Below the pieces are notes generated by a model that worked only from the letters and a program-made list of their open reading frames with translations, made no database searches and was not told where the DNA came from. Shown here one piece after another: positions 56,888 to 64,000 of a stretch of DNA of 64,000 nt. The DNA lies in NCBI GenBank assembly GCA_963806035.1, contig CAWDWO010000026.1, positions 1 through 64,000 on the forward strand. Direction: 5' to 3'. The translations under genes and the position numbers were made by a program. Origin of the DNA: Candidatus Krumholzibacteriota bacterium (GTDB lineage Bacteria; Krumholzibacteriota; Krumholzibacteriia; JAJRXK01). Position 1 is the first letter of the stretch. The number at the start of each line of letters is the position of its first letter.

Positions 56888-58246
56888 ATGGCGAAGCACC
56901 CGACTCTTCTCCTTTTGGAAGATGGACTCGAAGCGGGCCTGACTCCCTTGGCCCTGACGCGTCCCAGCTTCGAGTTGCGCAGCGGCGCGTTGAATCTGCG
57001 CGAGCGCGCCGAGCTGGTCGCGCCCGGCCGCGTGCGGGCGCGCGTGAGGGGCGAGCTGCGCGAACTGCTCCGGCGGACGCTTCCCGATCTCACAGAGAGC
57101 ATCGATCCCCAGGAGCGCGTGTTGCTCCTCAACGCTCGCCTGCGAATTTCCGTGGAGGATCTGGCCGCGCTCTCCGCCGCCGATGACGGCAGCGACTGTG
57201 TCCTTCGTGAGCAGGCAGCGGAGGATGCCAAGAACCCCTCCGGCGCGAATTGGGTGGCGGCCTGGCTCTCCGGCGCGGCCGCGTCCGCGCTAAAGTATGA
57301 AGCGCAGCCCGAGTTCGCCGGCGTGAAGAGCAAAACCGTCGCGCATTCGCTCTTCACTTTTCCCTGGGATTACCTCGCGGCCAACGAAGAGGATCTGCGG
57401 CGCGATTTCGCCAGCATTGCGCGTCACGGGGCCGTACCGCGGCGCATCTTCGGCGTCTGCTTCCAGGAGTCGGCGCCGGCGCGCGCCTCTCTTGGCGAGA
57501 GCGCTTTCGGGGATGGCTCCGCGGCCATTCTCTATCCCGGAGTTCACATCCTGAACGATCGTGAGGTGCTCTTCGGAGCGGGCGCGACGATCAAGCCCGG
57601 GGTGGTTCTGGACGCCGAACACGGTCCGATCCTGATCGGGGCCGGTGCGGTGCTTCACTCGAACGTGAGCGTTCAGGGTCCGGCCTATCTCGGCCCCGGA
57701 TGCGTGGTCCATCCGATGACTCGTTTGCGCGAGGGAGTCTCGATCGGCGCACTTTGCAAGCTGGGAGGGGAGATCGAAGAGTCGCTCATGCTCGACTTGA
57801 GCAACAAGCAGCATGACGGATTTTTGGGTCATGGCTACCTGGGCAGTTGGGTGAATCTGGGTGCCGATACCAACGCGAGTGATTTGAAGAACAACTACTC
57901 CACGGTACGCGTCGATTTGGGCGAAGGTGCAATGGAAACCCACGAGCGTTTCTTGGGTCCCATCCTGGGCGACCACGTGCGCTGCGCGATCAACACCATG
58001 TTCAACACGGGCAGCGTCGTGGGGGTCTGCAGCAACGTCTTCGGCGCCGGTTTTCCGCCGCGCTTCATGCCGAATTTCAGCTGGGGCGGGAGCGACGGGC
58101 TCAGCGCCTACGAACTCGAGAAGGCCCTCGCCACCGCGCGCATCGTCCTCGCCCGGCGCCAGGTCGAATGGCTTTCGGAGTACGAGGAGTTGCTGCGCAG
58201 CCTGCACGCCATGGGCGAAATGACGCACGGAAGGCCGGGAAACTAG
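56888..58246 (+). CDS. GlmU-related putative sugar nucleotidyltransferase / hexapeptide transferase
   Basis: LTPLALTRPSFELRSG N-terminus; LbH repeats; NKQHDGFLGHGYLGSWVNLGADTNASDLKNNY. Confidence 0.85.
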   Translation: MAKHPTLLLLEDGLEAGLTPLALTRPSFELRSGALNLRERAELVAPGRVRARVRGELRELLRRTLPDLTESIDPQERVLLLNARLRISVEDLAALSAADDGSDCVLREQAAEDAKNPSGANWVAAWLSGAAASALKYEAQPEFAGVKSKTVAHSLFTFPWDYLAANEEDLRRDFASIARHGAVPRRIFGVCFQESAPARASLGESAFGDGSAAILYPGVHILNDREVLFGAGATIKPGVVLDAEHGPILIGAGAVLHSNVSVQGPAYLGPGCVVHPMTRLREGVSIGALCKLGGEIEESLMLDLSNKQHDGFLGHGYLGSWVNLGADTNASDLKNNYSTVRVDLGEGAMETHERFLGPILGDHVRCAINTMFNTGSVVGVCSNVFGAGFPPRFMPNFSWGGSDGLSAYELEKALATARIVLARRQVEWLSEYEELLRSLHAMGEMTHGRPGN

Positions 58247-58468
58247 AGGGGCTCGAGCCCGGGCTATTCCTTTAAGCTATTCTAGAATAACGAGATAGAG
58301 GAGTCCAAGCGCAGACCCGGCGGAGCGGCACGCGTCTTGATGCAAGAGAAAGACGCGCTGCCTGCCAAGCACGGGATTGCCGGGCTGCTCATACCCTTCG
58401 CTGGTTTGTATTCGCAAGTACCGGCACGCGGCAGACGTGGGCAGCGCATAAACCACCTCCGTTGATGA

Positions 58469-58517
58469 GCGAAGAAGGCGCTGTTTCCGGCTGGAAGCGG
58501 CGCCTCTTCGCGTCTTT
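58469..58517 (+). terminator. Candidate intrinsic terminator
   Basis: GCGAAGA-A-GGCGCTGTTTCC-GGCT-GGAAGCGGCGCC-TCTTCGC followed by GTCTTT. Confidence 0.55.
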
Positions 58518-58525
58518 ACCCTTCA

Positions 58526-58554
58526 TTGACACCAATTGAGCCCCCTGCTAGGTT
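58526..58554 (+). promoter_or_regulatory. sigma70 promoter for the BMC operon
   Basis: TTGACA-N17-TAGGTT with extended -10 TG. Confidence 0.6.
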
Positions 58555-58626
58555 TCGCTTCCGGGTCGGGATCTAGGTGTAGACCGTCGACCCAACAGTT
58601 CTCTAGAGCAAGGAGCACGAGCTGCC

Positions 58627-58917
58627 ATGAAGGAAGCGCTGGGCATGATCGAAACCCGTGGCTTCGCCGCCATGGTGGAGGCAGCGGACGCCATGGTGAA
58701 GGCTGCCAACGTCAGCTTGGTGGGTTACGAGAAAATCGGGGGCGCGTACTGCACCGCCATCGTACGAGGAGACGTTGCAGCCGTGAAAGCGGCCACCGAC
58801 GCGGGCGGAGCTGCCGCCTCCAAGATCGGTGAGCTCATCTGCGTCCACGTCATCCCCAGGCCCCACTTGAATGTGCAAGACACCTTGCCCATTGGTGGCG
58901 TGGCCGACGGCAAGTAA
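58627..58917 (+). CDS. BMC-H hexamer shell protein (EutM/PduA/CcmK family)
   Basis: [46 protein letters not shown]. Confidence 0.96.
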   Translation: MKEALGMIETRGFAAMVEAADAMVKAANVSLVGYEKIGGAYCTAIVRGDVAAVKAATDAGGAAASKIGELICVHVIPRPHLNVQDTLPIGGVADGK

Positions 58918-58920
58918 GCC

Positions 58921-59208
58921 ATGCAACTCGCCGAGGTCATCGGCACCGTAGTGGCCACTCGCAAGGAGGAGAGCTTGCGAGGGGTGAAGCTGCTCGTGCT
59001 CAAGACGGTCGATGTAAACCGCGAGCCGGTGGGAAGCTACGTGGTTGCGGTGGACGCGGTCGGTGCGGGCGTGGGTGAAATCGTCATCTACGCCTCCGGC
59101 TCCTCGTCCCGAATGACCGAACTCACGAAGGAACGCCCGGTGGACGCAATCGTGATGGGAATCGTCGATTCTCTGGAGATCGCGGGAAAGTTCGTCTACC
59201 AGAAGTAG
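58921..59208 (+). CDS. BMC-P pentamer shell protein (EutN/CcmL)
   Basis: MQLAEVIGTVVATRK..L.G.KLL, VAVDAVGAGVGE, GSSSR, PVDAIVMGIVD. Confidence 0.95.
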   Translation: MQLAEVIGTVVATRKEESLRGVKLLVLKTVDVNREPVGSYVVAVDAVGAGVGEIVIYASGSSSRMTELTKERPVDAIVMGIVDSLEIAGKFVYQK

Positions 59209-59225
59209 ATCCGCGCGGAGACTGA

Positions 59226-60743
59226 ATGTCGCTCAACGACAATCGCCTGGCCGAGTTGGTGCGTGCGGCGCAAGGTCGCGCCGCGGCGCAGAGGAACGAG
59301 TCCTCTACGGCGGTTCCCGCCGCGGGAGCCGGTGCTGCGCCGGCCACCACCCGTCCGCTTCGCTCTTCGAGTCTGGGGCAGGGTATTCCCGGCGGCGGCG
59401 CTTCCGCCGAGTCCGCGATGAACGGGGTCTTCACGACCCTGGATGAAGCGGCGCGAGCGGCGAAGGCCGCCTTTCTCCAGTACTGCGAGTTCCCTCTGCG
59501 TCGTCGCGCGGAAATGATCGAGCGCATTCGCGTGAGGCTGCAGGAGCGAGTCCCGCTTCTTTCGGAATTGGCGGTCGCCGAGACCGGACTGGGGCGGGCC
59601 GAGGACAAGCAGATCAAGAACAGCCTGGTCATCCGCAAGACGCCGGGGCCGGAAATTTTGCGGCCAGAGAGCGTGAGTGGCGATGACGGCCTGATGCTCA
59701 CCGAATGGGCTCCCTACGGAGTGATCGGATCGATCACGCCGGTGACCAATCCCAGCGAGACCATCATCAACAACGGCATCGCCATGCTCGCGGCCGGGAA
59801 TACCGTGGTCTTCAATCCACACCCCTCCGCCAAGAACGTCTCCCGACTCGCCATGTCGATCATGAACGAAGCGGCCCAGGAGCTGGGGGCGCCCAAGAAC
59901 CTGCTGTGTTGCGTGAAGGAGCCCACCCTGGAGAGCGCGCAAGCCCTGATGCACCACAAGGCGGTGCGTCTGCTCGTGGTCACCGGCGGGCCCGGAGTGG
60001 TGCGCGCGGCCCTGGATTCGGGAAAGAAGTGCATCACGGGGGGACCGGGGAATCCGCCCGCGGTGGTGGACGAAACCGCGGACATCGCCAAGGCGGCGCG
60101 TGACATCACCCTGGGCGGAGGGCTGGACAACGGCATCATCTGCACCTGTGAAAAAGAAATCATCGTGGTGAAGTCGGTGAAGGACGCGCTGCTGAAGGAG
60201 CTTCAGCGCTGCGGCAACCGGATTCTCAACAGCGAGGAGATCGCGCGGCTGGAGAAGGTGATCTTCGAGGAAACCAGGGGGCCCAGAAAGAAAGCCGTGA
60301 TCAACCGTCAGTGGGTGGGAAAGACGGCGCGCACGATTCTGGCCAAGATCGGCGTCGAGGTGCCCGAGAGCTGTCGCCTCGCCATTCTTCCGGTGCCCGT
60401 GGAACATCCCCTGCTGTGGACTGAACAATTGATGCCGATGATGCCGCTGTGCGCGGTCGACGACGCCGAGGAAGCGATGCGCCTGGCGGTGGAGATGGAA
60501 GCGGGGAACGGTCACACTTTCGTGATGCACAGCCGGCGCGTGGATCGTTTGGGCAAGATGGCGCGCATGTGCAATGCTTCCATCTTCGTGAAGAACGGTC
60601 CCAACTTCGCCGGCCTCGGAGAGGGAGGAGAGGGGTTCACCTCTTTCACCATCGCCACTCCCACCGGCGAAGGGCTCACCGACCCGCGTTCCTTCTCCCG
60701 TCTTCGGCGCTGCACCCTCGTGGGTGAATTCAGAATCGTCTAG
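59226..60743 (+). CDS. CoA-acylating aldehyde dehydrogenase (EutE/PduP family) with an N-terminal extension
   Basis: ETGLGR.EDK.IKN, PYGVIGSITPVTNP, VTGGPGVV, GPGNPPAVVDETAD, ICTCEKE, FTIATPTGEG. Confidence 0.95.
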   Translation: MSLNDNRLAELVRAAQGRAAAQRNESSTAVPAAGAGAAPATTRPLRSSSLGQGIPGGGASAESAMNGVFTTLDEAARAAKAAFLQYCEFPLRRRAEMIERIRVRLQERVPLLSELAVAETGLGRAEDKQIKNSLVIRKTPGPEILRPESVSGDDGLMLTEWAPYGVIGSITPVTNPSETIINNGIAMLAAGNTVVFNPHPSAKNVSRLAMSIMNEAAQELGAPKNLLCCVKEPTLESAQALMHHKAVRLLVVTGGPGVVRAALDSGKKCITGGPGNPPAVVDETADIAKAARDITLGGGLDNGIICTCEKEIIVVKSVKDALLKELQRCGNRILNSEEIARLEKVIFEETRGPRKKAVINRQWVGKTARTILAKIGVEVPESCRLAILPVPVEHPLLWTEQLMPMMPLCAVDDAEEAMRLAVEMEAGNGHTFVMHSRRVDRLGKMARMCNASIFVKNGPNFAGLGEGGEGFTSFTIATPTGEGLTDPRSFSRLRRCTLVGEFRIV

Positions 60744-60751
60744 GGGGAAAA

Positions 60752-61360
60752 GTGGACACGACCTCTCTGGGTCTCATCGAGTGCGGAAGTCTCGCCCGCG
60801 GCTCTCTGGTCTGCGACGCGATGCTCAAGACCGCGCAGGTTCATCTGCTCATGGCCAGCGGTGTCTCCCCGGGAAAGTTGCTCGTCGGAATCAACGGTGC
60901 GATCGCGGAGGTCGAAGCCGCGATGGAAAAGGGACTGCAAGTTTGTGATGAGCAGCTGGTGGACGCCCTCTTCTTGCCTCGGGTACACACCGAACTCGCG
61001 CGCGCATTCCACAGCTCCTTGCCCGCGGCCGGGGTGGAGGCGATGGGAGTGGTGGAGACGGCCTCGGTGTCCTCGGCTCTGCGCGCGGCGGACGCCTCGT
61101 TGAAGGCGGCGCAGGTGCGCCTGCTCTCTTTGCGTCTCGGCGCGGGCATCGGCGGCAAGGCGGTGTACCATCTCGCCGGAGAGGTGGCTGACGTAGAGGC
61201 CGCGGTGGAGGCCGGAGTCGCCGCGATCCGCATTTCCAGCCTCTTGGTGCAGACGGCGATTCTGCCCCGTCCCCATCCCGATTTCGCGGCCTACCTCGAC
61301 GGGGGGCCCGGGCAGGAGGCTCCGCCGCGAGGCGTGGTGGCCCCGCCGGGGGAGGACTAG
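60752..61360 (+). CDS. BMC-T tandem-domain shell protein (PduT-like)
   Basis: SLGLIE..S.ARG...DAMLK, SPGK, AMGVVET..V..A.RAADA.LKAA.V, GIGGKA, LPRPHP. Confidence 0.9.
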   Translation: MDTTSLGLIECGSLARGSLVCDAMLKTAQVHLLMASGVSPGKLLVGINGAIAEVEAAMEKGLQVCDEQLVDALFLPRVHTELARAFHSSLPAAGVEAMGVVETASVSSALRAADASLKAAQVRLLSLRLGAGIGGKAVYHLAGEVADVEAAVEAGVAAIRISSLLVQTAILPRPHPDFAAYLDGGPGQEAPPRGVVAPPGED

Positions 61361-61361
61361 G

Positions 61362-61670
61362 ATGCAGCTGGCGCGCGTCGTGGGTACCTGTGTCGCCACC
61401 CGCAAGACCGCGGGGCTGTTGGGGGAACGACTGCTCCTGATCCAACCGCTGGATTTCGACCTGAAAGACAAGGGTAGGATCGCCGTCGCGGCCGACGTGG
61501 TCTCGGCCGCTCCGCAGGAGATCGTGTGGTTCGTCCGGAGCCGCGAGGCGGCCAACAGCCTGCAGGACCCCTTCAATCCGGTGGATTGCGCCATCGTGGG
61601 CATTCTGGACGAGCTGGAAATGCTGCACGAGGGGCGGATGCGGCGCATCTATCCCGGGGCTGAATCATGA
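61362..61670 (+). CDS. BMC-P pentamer shell protein (EutN/CcmL)
   Basis: MQLARVVGTCVATRK, VAADVVSA, REA, PVDCAIVGILD. Confidence 0.92.
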   Translation: MQLARVVGTCVATRKTAGLLGERLLLIQPLDFDLKDKGRIAVAADVVSAAPQEIVWFVRSREAANSLQDPFNPVDCAIVGILDELEMLHEGRMRRIYPGAES

Positions 61671-61948
61671 GAGTCGCGCGCGTGGTGGGCACGGTGGTGG
61701 GCAGCGTGAAGCACCCCCAGATGCACGGACGCCGCCTGCTCGTTTTGCAACCTCTGCCCTTGGGCGAGCTCTCCGGTGGAGAGCCCCTCATCGCGGTCGA
61801 CGTGACCGGAGTCGGGGTGGGTGAAGAGGTTCTCTTCGTGGACGACGGAGCCGCGGCGCGCACGATTTTGGGCAGCGCGGGCCCGGTTCGCAGCGTCGTG
61901 GTCGGGGTGGTGGACGAGACGAAGCTGGAGGGTCCCGAGGGGAGCTGA
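61667..61948 (+). CDS. BMC-P pentamer shell protein (EutN/CcmL)
   Basis: MRVARVVGTVVGSVKH, IAVDVTGVGVGEEV, VVGVVD. Confidence 0.92.
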   Translation: MRVARVVGTVVGSVKHPQMHGRRLLVLQPLPLGELSGGEPLIAVDVTGVGVGEEVLFVDDGAAARTILGSAGPVRSVVVGVVDETKLEGPEGS

Positions 61949-61971
61949 TCGGGCCAAGTCCAATTTAGGCA

Positions 61972-62000
61972 TTGACTTGGCTCGGGCCGACTGCTATCAA
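61972..62000 (+). promoter_or_regulatory. sigma70 promoter upstream of the HU/IHF gene
   Basis: TTGACT-N17-TATCAA with extended -10 TG. Confidence 0.5.
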
Positions 62001-62106
62001 TTCTTAGGTTTGGAGGCGTTTTCAGTACGGCGGGGTTTGCTCTCTATCCTCGCTCGAATGAGAGAAGAAGCGCTACGGAGAACTAGATTCCAGGGAGTCA
62101 GAGCCC

Positions 62107-62463
62107 ATGACCAAAGCCGAGCTCGTCGAGATGATCGCGCAGGGGACGGGTCTTTCGAAGAAAGACACCGGAGTGGTCGTGGATCTCATCCTGGAGAACG
62201 TCTCGCGGGCGCTGTGCGAGGGCGACAAGGTGGAACTGCGCGGATTCGGCAGTTTCAAGGTGAAGGAGAGACGCTCCCGCAAGGCACGTAATCCGCGGAC
62301 CGGCGACGCGGTGGAGGTGCCTTCCAAACTGGTGCCCTACTTCAAGGCCTCCAACGAGCTCAAAGCGCTCGTGGATGGCTCGGACGAGGACCACTCCGGC
62401 CTCGCGCGAGGGGAATACACCGCGCCGGGTGGCGCGGGTCAGGGCCCGGCCAGGCCGTTCTGA
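62107..62463 (+). CDS. HU/IHF family DNA-binding protein (IHF-beta-like)
   Basis: MTKAELVE.IA, VELRGFGSF.VKER..RKARNPRTG, PYFKAS.ELK. Confidence 0.95.
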   Translation: MTKAELVEMIAQGTGLSKKDTGVVVDLILENVSRALCEGDKVELRGFGSFKVKERRSRKARNPRTGDAVEVPSKLVPYFKASNELKALVDGSDEDHSGLARGEYTAPGGAGQGPARPF

Positions 62464-62600
62464 GCCCCAGCGGCCGGGCGCACTACAGTCACGCGCAGGG
62501 GAGACAACTCCCACGCGGCGGCCACCTGCCTTGCGGTGGGTGGCGTTTTATCGTTATCTGCGGCTTCTTTGACGAGTCGTAACTTGGAGGTCAGGCTGAA

Positions 62601-62696
62601 ATGCCCAGTGGGAAGAAGCGGAAGCGTAAGAAGATTGCCACCCACAAGCGCAAGAAGCGCTTGCGGAAGAACCGGCACAAGAAGAAGAACAAGTAG
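62601..62696 (+). CDS. AURKAIP1/COX24-domain small basic protein (30S ribosomal protein bS22-like)
   Basis: GGAGG SD; MPSGKKRKRKKIATHKRKKRLRKNRHKKKNK* (31 aa, below the ORF-track cutoff). Confidence 0.85.
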   Translation: MPSGKKRKRKKIATHKRKKRLRKNRHKKKNK

Positions 62697-62721
62697 AGCC
62701 ACCGTTAGGTAGGGTTGCGTC

Positions 62722-64000
62722 GTGGATTGGGAACTCGAGATCTTGCGTTTTCTCGAGAGACGTCCGCATCGCAGCTTCAAACTGAAGGCCATGGCGCGCG
62801 CCCTGCGCGTGCCGCGCCACCAATACCGCGCGTTCCGCCGTCAAGCGCTGGACATGGCTCGCGACGGGCGAATTGCCCGTCAGCCTCGCCGGAGAGTGCA
62901 AGCGCTCTCCGGCGCCGTCGTGCTCAAAGGTACAATCGAAGCTGGGGAAGGGCTCGGGGTGCGAGTGGTCCTTTCCGACGGCGCATCGCTGCCCCTGCGA
63001 GAAGAGGATCTTTCTTCGGTGGTGGCGGGAGATCAGGTGGAGGTCTCGCGCCGCAAGATCGAAGGGGTGGACACGGCGATTCTGCGCCGCGTTCTCAAGG
63101 CGGAAAAGCGAGAGATCCTGGGCACCCTGCTGTCCGTGGGGAAGCGCTTCGTTCTCGTTCCGGAAATGAAGATCCCCGGCCTCTCCGGCGGCTTCTTCGT
63201 CGCGCAGGACATCCAGGTAGAATCGAACTGGGCCGATCAGTTGGCCCTGGGCGAGATCGGCGCCTTCGATCCCGCCACCGAGCGGCCGGAGGTGCGCAAG
63301 CTCTCGCTCCTCGGACCGGCCGAAATGCCCAAGCCCGCCATGGAGAAGCGCATCGCGAGCGAGGGCTGGCCGCGCCGCTTCAGCGATCGGGCGCTCGCCG
63401 ACGCGAAGGCACAAGCCGCTCCTCTATCCACGCGCATCGATCTCACGGAGCTCTTGATCTTGAGCATCGATCCGCACGACGCCAAGGATCACGACGACGC
63501 CGTGTCGCTGGAACTTCTCGATCAAGGGGGAGTGCGACTGGGAGTTCACATCGCGGACGTGGCCTCGCGCGTGAGCCCGCACACCAGCCTGGACCGGGAG
63601 GCGCGCGCCCGCGCCACCAGCGTCTATCCTCCGGGACAGGTTCTGCCGATGCTGCCCGAGGCGCTCTCCTCGCAGGCCTGCAGTCTGCACCACGATGTGG
63701 AAAGGGACGCGTTCACCGTCTTTTTGGAGTACGACGCGCAGGCGCAACGAAAGAAGATCGCGCTGGGCCCCTCGCTCATCAAGAGCCGCGCCTCTCTCTC
63801 GTACCGTCAGGCGCAGGCGCTCTTGGATGACGAATCCGCGGCGCCTCCGGCGAACCGGCTGGCCGCAGATCTCAAAAGCGCGCAGTTGAAGGAGAGCCTG
63901 CGGAACATGCTGACCCTCGCGCGGAAACTGCGCACGAGGCGCGAAGAAAACGGTTCGCTCTTCGTCGATCGCCCCGAGTACGTGGTCGAGTTCGACGCGA
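62722..64000 (+). CDS. rnr: Ribonuclease R / RNase II family exoribonuclease (5' part; runs off the window)
   Basis: Open frame from GTG 62722 with an N-terminal HTH-like region; RNB motifs SIDPHDAKDHDDAVS, LGVHIADV, LDREARARATSVY, PMLPEALS...CSL. Confidence 0.85.
   Translation, partial: MDWELEILRFLERRPHRSFKLKAMARALRVPRHQYRAFRRQALDMARDGRIARQPRRRVQALSGAVVLKGTIEAGEGLGVRVVLSDGASLPLREEDLSSVVAGDQVEVSRRKIEGVDTAILRRVLKAEKREILGTLLSVGKRFVLVPEMKIPGLSGGFFVAQDIQVESNWADQLALGEIGAFDPATERPEVRKLSLLGPAEMPKPAMEKRIASEGWPRRFSDRALADAKAQAAPLSTRIDLTELLILSIDPHDAKDHDDAVSLELLDQGGVRLGVHIADVASRVSPHTSLDREARARATSVYPPGQVLPMLPEALSSQACSLHHDVERDAFTVFLEYDAQAQRKKIALGPSLIKSRASLSYRQAQALLDDESAAPPANRLAADLKSAQLKESLRNMLTLARKLRTRREENGSLFVDRPEYVVEFDA

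Noticed and set aside
58327..58342. sigma54 promoter-like GGCACGCGTCTTGA
   Set aside because: The -12 element is GA rather than GC, and the sequence is better explained as a stem arm
53699..61948. fbp plus BMC as a carboxysome/Calvin-cycle locus
   Set aside because: No RuBisCO, carbonic anhydrase or PRK; the cargo is an acylating aldehyde dehydrogenase; fbp is on the other strand and separated by tRNAs
62715..63830. 371-aa + strand Arg-rich ORF in the track
   Set aside because: Wrong frame; the real gene is RNase R in the frame from 62722, which has no stop within the window

Overview
Bacterial chromosomal window, mostly high-GC (roughly 65-70% by eye). FlgD-Ig-tailed gingipain-like proteins and a bS22/COX24-type small protein suggest an FCB-related lineage such as Krumholzibacteriota, Latescibacterota or Eisenbacteria (inference only). 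Layout: (1) 1-11.8 kb, a lower-GC (about 45-55% in spot checks) minus-strand Wzx/Wzy surface-polysaccharide cassette. (2) 12-22 kb, PglF/PglE/PglC-like glycan-initiation genes, a flippase, and a frameshifted myo-inositol-1-phosphate synthase divergent from a LysR gene with a clear LysR box. (3) 22.6-31.9 kb, a tightly coupled exopolysaccharide operon led by a ParA/Soj ATPase fused to a glycogen-binding CBM48-like domain and containing an apparently kinase-dead Wzc. (4) Two tandem C25 gingipain-like proteases, then clpB. (5) A Zn/Mn-type uptake operon preceded by a small HHH/CxxC...RGPP leader ORF whose Gly-Pro-Pro codons base-pair with the Shine-Dalgarno of the next gene; this is the best candidate for a novel metal-sensing ribosome-stalling switch. 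(6) Peptide-binding protein, metalloprotease, AlkP-family enzyme, fbp, tRNA-Leu and tRNA-Ala. (7) A Haliangium-type bacterial microcompartment operon with no signature enzyme, followed by HU/IHF, a 31-aa bS22-like gene and a partial rnr. No CRISPR array, integrase or transposase was seen. All calls come from motif recognition by eye; no searches were run.
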